A DNA stretch of 64,000 nucleotides from an uncultured Dehalococcoidia bacterium (GTDB lineage: Bacteria; Chloroflexota; Dehalococcoidia; Lucifugimonadales; Australimonadaceae): positions 200 to 64,199 of the forward strand of contig CAYMJY010000003.1 in the NCBI GenBank assembly GCA_964391355.1, given 5' to 3'. Shown here piece by piece: positions 59,787-64,000 of this stretch. How positions within the stretch are numbered: position 1 is the stretch's first letter; each line of letters begins with the position of its first letter. A program made the translations under genes and the position numbers. The notes beneath the pieces were generated by a model. It searched no databases and was not told the origin of the DNA. It saw only the letters and a list, made by a program, of their open reading frames with translations.

Positions 59787-61101
59787 TGCGCGTGAAATAT
59801 TAGCTATTGTTGAACCAGAGCAGATAGTTCCGCCGTGTCAGATTTGCGGGGGCAGAGGCTGGCTGCGTAGGAACTTGATTTTAGGCCATCCAGATTTTGG
59901 TAGAGCTCAACCTTGTGAGTGCCAACTGGAAATGAGTGAAGATCAACGACTATCACGCCTTAGACGTTACAGCAACATGGGAGTTTTATCTCAACTGAAT
60001 TTTAAAGATACGATTCCTGATGGCCGGGGCGTGAGCCTTGAAATCAAAAAAAGATTTAAAACTGCCTTTGATTTCGCAATAGCTTATTCTAATGAACCTA
60101 GTGGTTGGTTAGTTCTCACCGGTTCAAGTGGTTCCGGGAAAACTCACCTAGCTGCATCCATCGCCAATCGATGTATGGAGAGAGGACTACCTGTTTTTTT
60201 CGCCTTTGTTCCAGACTTACTCGACCATTTAAGGGCTTCATTCAATCCTGATCATGAACTTTCGTATGACGAATTGTTTGAGCAAGTTAAGTCCATTCCA
60301 TTATTAGTGCTTGATGACCTTGGCTCTCAAAGCTCCACTTCTTGGGCTGATGAAAAGCTATTTCAAGTACTCAACCATCGTTATGTTGCCAATTTGCCAA
60401 CTGTTATTACTACAAATTCACCCATAGATGAAATGAACGAACGAACAAAAGCTAGAATCGAAGATACTCTCGTTGCTAAAATTTTTGACTTGGGAGTAAA
60501 CCTTGATAACAAACTTCTTACAGGGATTGGCGAAATTGCTCTACCAATGCTCCAGTCTATGACTTTTGATTCCTTTAAGATCAACGGGAGGTCGTTGAAG
60601 CAAGCTGAGAAACAGACATTAGAGGCTTCTCTGCGTATGGCTCAAGCTTATGCGAGTGATCCAGATGGGTGGCTAGTGTTTTTGGGAAATTCAGGAACTG
60701 GTAAAACTCATTTATCGATTTCAATTGCCAAATCTCAACTGGAGTTAGGGAAAGAAGTTTTCTTTACGTTTGTTCCAGATTTACTTGACCACTTGAGGTA
60801 TACATTTAGTCCAGATAGCCGAGTGACATACGACGGCCTTTTCGAAAAAGTAAAACGGACACCGTTACTTATACTCGATGATTTGGGGTCAGAATCAGCA
60901 ACTCCTTGGGCTCACGAAAAGCTGTACCAAATAATAGTGCAAAGACACAACGCGAGGCTACCTACAATTATCACCACAAGGAATTTGCCGGCAGCACATG
61001 GGGATCCCATAGCATCCAGACTAAATGATCCTCGAGTTGTCCAGGTGATGCCCATCGAGGCACCAGATTACAGAAATAGTGGTTCTGGGTCAGCACGATA
61101 A
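59722..61101 (+). CDS. helicase-loader-like protein with N-terminal Cys-rich motif and two tandem DnaC/DnaI/IstB-type AAA+ modules
   Basis: CQICGGRG...CEC at the N-terminus. Module 1: GSSGSGKTHL, LLVLDDLG, VITTN. Module 2: GNSGTGKTHL, LLILDDLG, IITTR, IASRL. Both modules share FVPDLLDHLR. ATG 59722 overlaps the upstream gene by 65 nt. Confidence 0.75.
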   Translation: MESLGEILKRLQQQSIDASPADAREILAIVEPEQIVPPCQICGGRGWLRRNLILGHPDFGRAQPCECQLEMSEDQRLSRLRRYSNMGVLSQLNFKDTIPDGRGVSLEIKKRFKTAFDFAIAYSNEPSGWLVLTGSSGSGKTHLAASIANRCMERGLPVFFAFVPDLLDHLRASFNPDHELSYDELFEQVKSIPLLVLDDLGSQSSTSWADEKLFQVLNHRYVANLPTVITTNSPIDEMNERTKARIEDTLVAKIFDLGVNLDNKLLTGIGEIALPMLQSMTFDSFKINGRSLKQAEKQTLEASLRMAQAYASDPDGWLVFLGNSGTGKTHLSISIAKSQLELGKEVFFTFVPDLLDHLRYTFSPDSRVTYDGLFEKVKRTPLLILDDLGSESATPWAHEKLYQIIVQRHNARLPTIITTRNLPAAHGDPIASRLNDPRVVQVMPIEAPDYRNSGSGSAR

Positions 61102-61490
61102 TGGTTCAGGATAATCCTTGCGAATTTTGCGATATTGCTAATGGCAAAGCTAGTGGCGAGATAATATACCAAGACGACGGCCTTATTGTTTTTAGAAATA
61201 TTTTGACTTGGGTACCGTTAATGCTCTTAGTCGCACCCAAAAAGCACTTAACACAAATTGAATTTTGGACTTCAGACATTTTCCAGAAAGCTGGTAATTT
61301 AGCTGTAAAGATTGGGTTGGAAAAAGCTCCAAATGGCTTTCGGATTTTATCTAATTTCGGGAGTGATGGTCTACAGACGCAAATGCACGCCCATCTTCAT
61401 GTTTTGGGTGGACGTGCGCTTGGGTTGTATGTGGATTTCGAAGGAAAAGGTGATTTTTGGTCAAGAGTTTATGGGGGCAACCAGCAGTGA
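61101..61490 (+). CDS. HIT family (histidine triad) hydrolase
   Basis: Histidine triad HAHLHVLGG. TAATG overlap with the upstream gene. Confidence 0.88.
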   Translation: MVQDNPCEFCDIANGKASGEIIYQDDGLIVFRNILTWVPLMLLVAPKKHLTQIEFWTSDIFQKAGNLAVKIGLEKAPNGFRILSNFGSDGLQTQMHAHLHVLGGRALGLYVDFEGKGDFWSRVYGGNQQ

Positions 61491-61873
61491 TCCAAATATT
61501 ACTAGTAGGAGTAGGAGGTTTTATTGGTGCCGTATTAAGGTATTCCATTTCTATCTGGATATCAGGCAAAAATAGCGACCCTACTTCATTCCCCTTAGGA
61601 ACATTGAGCGTCAATGTAATAGGTTGTTTTATTATCGGATTATTAGCTGGGTTACTCCTAATATCGGGAGAAATTTCTGAAAGAGCCAAGTTGTTTCTTA
61701 TTGTCGGTTTGTTAGGCGGGTTTACTACATTTTCTGCGTTTGGGTATGAATCTTTGAACTTAATGCGTTTAGGTCAAAGCGGAACTGTTGCAGCATATGT
61801 GCTTTTGACTTTAGTAATGACCCTATTTACTACATGGTTAGGTTATATTATTGGCAAAGCAATCACTGGATGA
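61487..61873 (+). CDS. crcB: fluoride ion channel CrcB/FluC
   Basis: GGFIGAVLRY and LGGFTTFSAF. GTG 61487 (GTGA overlap with hit) is preferred over TTG 61457. Confidence 0.88.
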   Translation: MIQILLVGVGGFIGAVLRYSISIWISGKNSDPTSFPLGTLSVNVIGCFIIGLLAGLLLISGEISERAKLFLIVGLLGGFTTFSAFGYESLNLMRLGQSGTVAAYVLLTLVMTLFTTWLGYIIGKAITG

Positions 61874-61909
61874 CGAAGCAGATTCTTAATTGACCTAAAG
61901 AACCATTTC

Positions 61910-61921
61910 AGTGGCGCCACT
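61910..61921. repeat. 12-bp perfect palindrome AGTGGCGCCACT downstream of crcB (weak terminator or binding-site candidate)
   Basis: Read directly from the sequence. It is followed by TTTCAAC only, which is not a strong T-tract. Confidence 0.3.
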
Positions 61922-61959
61922 TTCAACTCTCGGCTAAACTTGTTTGCTGAATCAATATT

Positions 61960-64000
61960 ATGCCTACTAATCGCAAGACCTCTCTGCGGTACGATCCGCA
62001 GGCAATAGACACCAAATGGCAGGCCCGTTGGGAATCTGATGGTTTGCATCAAACCAAAGATGACGGCCTCAAACCAAAGTGGTATGCCCTGACTATGTAC
62101 CCATATCCTTCTGGCGATCTGCATATCGGTCATTGGTATGCGATATCACCTGCAGACACTTACGCAAGATTTATGAGAATGAAAGGGTATAACGTACTTT
62201 TCCCCATGGGGTTTGATGCATTTGGACTGCCTGCTGAAAATGCGGCTATTAGGAACAAAGTAGATCCTTCTGAATGGACATTCGCGAACATCGAAAGGAT
62301 GCGGAAACAATTGAAGTCGATGGGTCCAGTCTTTGACTGGGAACGTGAAGTTATTACTTGTGATCCTGATTATTACCGATGGAATCAGTGGTTATTTTTA
62401 AAATTATACGAGAAGGGGTTAGCTTATAGAGCAGAGGCAGCTGTAAATTGGTGCCCTGGATGCCAAACCGTTCTTGCGAATGAACAAGTAGTAGATGGTA
62501 AATGCGAACGCTCAGAAGATGTAGTGATTCGGCGAGAAATGGAGCAATGGTTCCTTCGGATCACTTCTTATGCCGACGAATTAATTGATTTTTCAAAAGT
62601 TATTGACTGGCCTGAACGGATTAAGTCAATGCAAACTAATTGGGTTGGCAGAAGCGAGGGTGTGAAAGTTGGCTTCGATATATCAGAATATAGACTGGAT
62701 CAAGACGATATTTCAGTTTTCACTACAAGGATTGATACTATATTCGGTGTGACATTTCTTGCGCTGGCTCCTGAAAATCCACTAGTCGACCTTTTGACTA
62801 CTAATGAGAACCGGGATGCTGTTAATGTTTATGTCAATAAAGCTCGTGAATCCACTGAAATAGAAAGACTATCATCCGAAAGAGAACAAACCGGAGTACC
62901 TACTGGGGCATACGCAATTAATAAAATTAACGGTGAGCGTATACCGATTCTGGTAGCTGATTATGTTTTGCATTCATATGGGACTGGAGCTGTGATGGGA
63001 GTCCCCGCTCACGATGATAGAGACTTTTATTTCGCTAAAAAATACGGACTAGATATTCGATTAGTTGTAGCCCCACTTGATTGGGATGGAACAACTGAAC
63101 TTAAAGAAGCTTTTACCGATAAGTATTCAGGCATTTTGACATCGTCTGGTGCTTTCACTGGTATGAGCGCAGAAGATGGGTATAAGGCAATTGTGGATGA
63201 GGTCAATGACCATGGCTGGGGCGGAAGTACCGTTTCTTATCGCATGCGAGACTGGTTAATCTCAAGACAGCGTTACTGGGGTACTCCTATTCCAATTGTT
63301 CATTGTGAAAAATGTGGGACGGTACCCGTACCAGAGTCTCAATTACCAGTGTCTTTACCTTCTGGCGTTGAATTTAGCCCAACAGGGGAATCACCGTTGA
63401 ACTATCACAGTGATTTTGTCCATACTAAATGTCCTGCTTGCGGATTGGATGCTAAGCGTGAGACGGACACCATGGATACATTTGTAGATTCATCGTGGTA
63501 TTTCTTACGCTACCTAAGCCCACGCTTTGATAAAAACCCTGTAGATTTCGAAAAAGTGAAATTATGGGGTGCTGTCGATCAGTATATGGGAGGTGCAGAG
63601 CATGCAGTGATGCATCTTCTGTATGCTCGTTTTATAACGAAGGCAATTAGAGATCTCGGTATAATTGATTTTGATGAGCCCTTTCTTCGCCTTTTTAATC
63701 AAGGTGTAATACTTTCAAATCATGCAAAAATGTCAAAAAGCAGGGGTAATGTAATTGCTCCTGATGATTATGTTCATGAACTAGGTGCTGATGTAGTCCG
63801 CCTTTATTTAATGTTTCTTGGGCCATGGGAATCTGGAGGAGACTGGTCAGATGCAGGAATCAATGGGGTCGCCCGCTGGGTTACTAGAGTATGGGATATT
63901 TGCAATAAAAATTCTGATCAACTCCTCGACAGTAGCGTTTCGGGGGACCGTAGCCTTCTTCGTAAACTTCACCAAACAATTTACCGTGTTAACAATGACC
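61960..64000 (+). CDS. leuS: leucine--tRNA ligase (3'-truncated by the window end)
   Basis: Manual translation from ATG 61960 stays open to position 64000. It contains YPYPSGDLHIGHWY (HIGH), the zinc motif WCPGCQTVLANEQV, the editing-domain block GTGAVMGVPAHDDRDF and AKMSKSRGN (KMSKS). It is absent from the ORF track because there is no stop in the window. Confidence 0.95.
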   Translation, partial: MPTNRKTSLRYDPQAIDTKWQARWESDGLHQTKDDGLKPKWYALTMYPYPSGDLHIGHWYAISPADTYARFMRMKGYNVLFPMGFDAFGLPAENAAIRNKVDPSEWTFANIERMRKQLKSMGPVFDWEREVITCDPDYYRWNQWLFLKLYEKGLAYRAEAAVNWCPGCQTVLANEQVVDGKCERSEDVVIRREMEQWFLRITSYADELIDFSKVIDWPERIKSMQTNWVGRSEGVKVGFDISEYRLDQDDISVFTTRIDTIFGVTFLALAPENPLVDLLTTNENRDAVNVYVNKARESTEIERLSSEREQTGVPTGAYAINKINGERIPILVADYVLHSYGTGAVMGVPAHDDRDFYFAKKYGLDIRLVVAPLDWDGTTELKEAFTDKYSGILTSSGAFTGMSAEDGYKAIVDEVNDHGWGGSTVSYRMRDWLISRQRYWGTPIPIVHCEKCGTVPVPESQLPVSLPSGVEFSPTGESPLNYHSDFVHTKCPACGLDAKRETDTMDTFVDSSWYFLRYLSPRFDKNPVDFEKVKLWGAVDQYMGGAEHAVMHLLYARFITKAIRDLGIIDFDEPFLRLFNQGVILSNHAKMSKSRGNVIAPDDYVHELGADVVRLYLMFLGPWESGGDWSDAGINGVARWVTRVWDICNKNSDQLLDSSVSGDRSLLRKLHQTIYRVNND

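Noticed and set aside
61312-61575. An 87-aa ORF spanning the hit/crcB junction in a third frame, and a 129-aa alternative-frame ORF at 20058-20447 inside the MFS gene
   Set aside because: Both are fully overlapped by genes with clear family motifs. Their composition (Cys/Arg/Phe-rich) is typical of off-frame translation.
61874-61959. Looked for a T-box leader upstream of leuS and a fluoride riboswitch near crcB
   Set aside because: The 86-nt spacer is too short for a T-box. crcB overlaps the upstream hit gene, leaving no leader for a crcB-motif riboswitch.
1-64000. Scanned for CRISPR arrays, IS elements or transposases, integrases, phage genes, toxin-antitoxin pairs, and rRNA or tRNA genes
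   Set aside because: No spaced direct-repeat arrays were found, and there are no recombinase or transposase motifs in any ORF. No intergenic region large enough for an rRNA exists, and the few regions over 150 nt lack tRNA-like structure. Detection by eye is imperfect for short dispersed repeats.

Overview
This is a gene-dense, moderately AT-rich chromosomal segment with about 68 protein-coding genes, nearly all housekeeping. Many neighbouring genes share overlapping stop and start codons (ATGA, TAATG, GTGA), which suggests long co-translated operons in a streamlined genome. I found no rRNA, tRNA, CRISPR array, transposase, integrase or obvious prophage or defence island. Gene content (ClpC, RNase J, a DnaD-like protein plus a DnaC/DnaI-like loader, a nuo operon lacking nuoEFG, H+-PPase, a translin-like protein) suggests a Terrabacteria or Chloroflexota-like organism, but that is inference only.

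Main blocks, in order:
- rpsA-clpC-lipA
- metG and rsmI
- acyl-CoA dehydrogenase, methylmalonyl-CoA epimerase and the B12-binding mutase subunit
- rpmF-fabD-nusB-acpP-udg
- rnj-ftsK
- DUF59-mrp
- yebC-ruvC-ruvA-methyltransferase-98-aa unknown-uvrB-lipoprotein
- rpsP-KH-rimM
- thiL-tsaE-tsaB and ndk
- mnmA-rnhB
- hppA
- nuoBCDHIJK-(small DUF2007-like gene)-LMN, followed directly by ribD-ribE-ribBA-ribH
- yqeY-purQ-EamA-purL
- rplI-dnaB-dnaD-like-(double DnaC-like)-hit-crcB
- the 5' two thirds of leuS, which is absent from the ORF track because it runs off the window

I do not see a clear-cut novel multi-gene system. The best candidates for follow-up are:
- a helicase-loader protein with two complete DnaC/DnaI-type AAA+ modules, encoded directly after dnaB and a DnaD-domain gene
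- a small DUF2007-like gene translationally coupled between nuoK and nuoL, in a nuo operon that also lacks nuoA
- an uncharacterised methyltransferase plus 98-aa protein inserted in the ruvCA-uvrB repair cluster
- a bacterial translin/TRAX-like protein
- a family-4 uracil-DNA glycosylase (UDG) ending in a beta-clamp-binding-like QLNLF motif

All family assignments come from motif recognition by eye, not from database searches.
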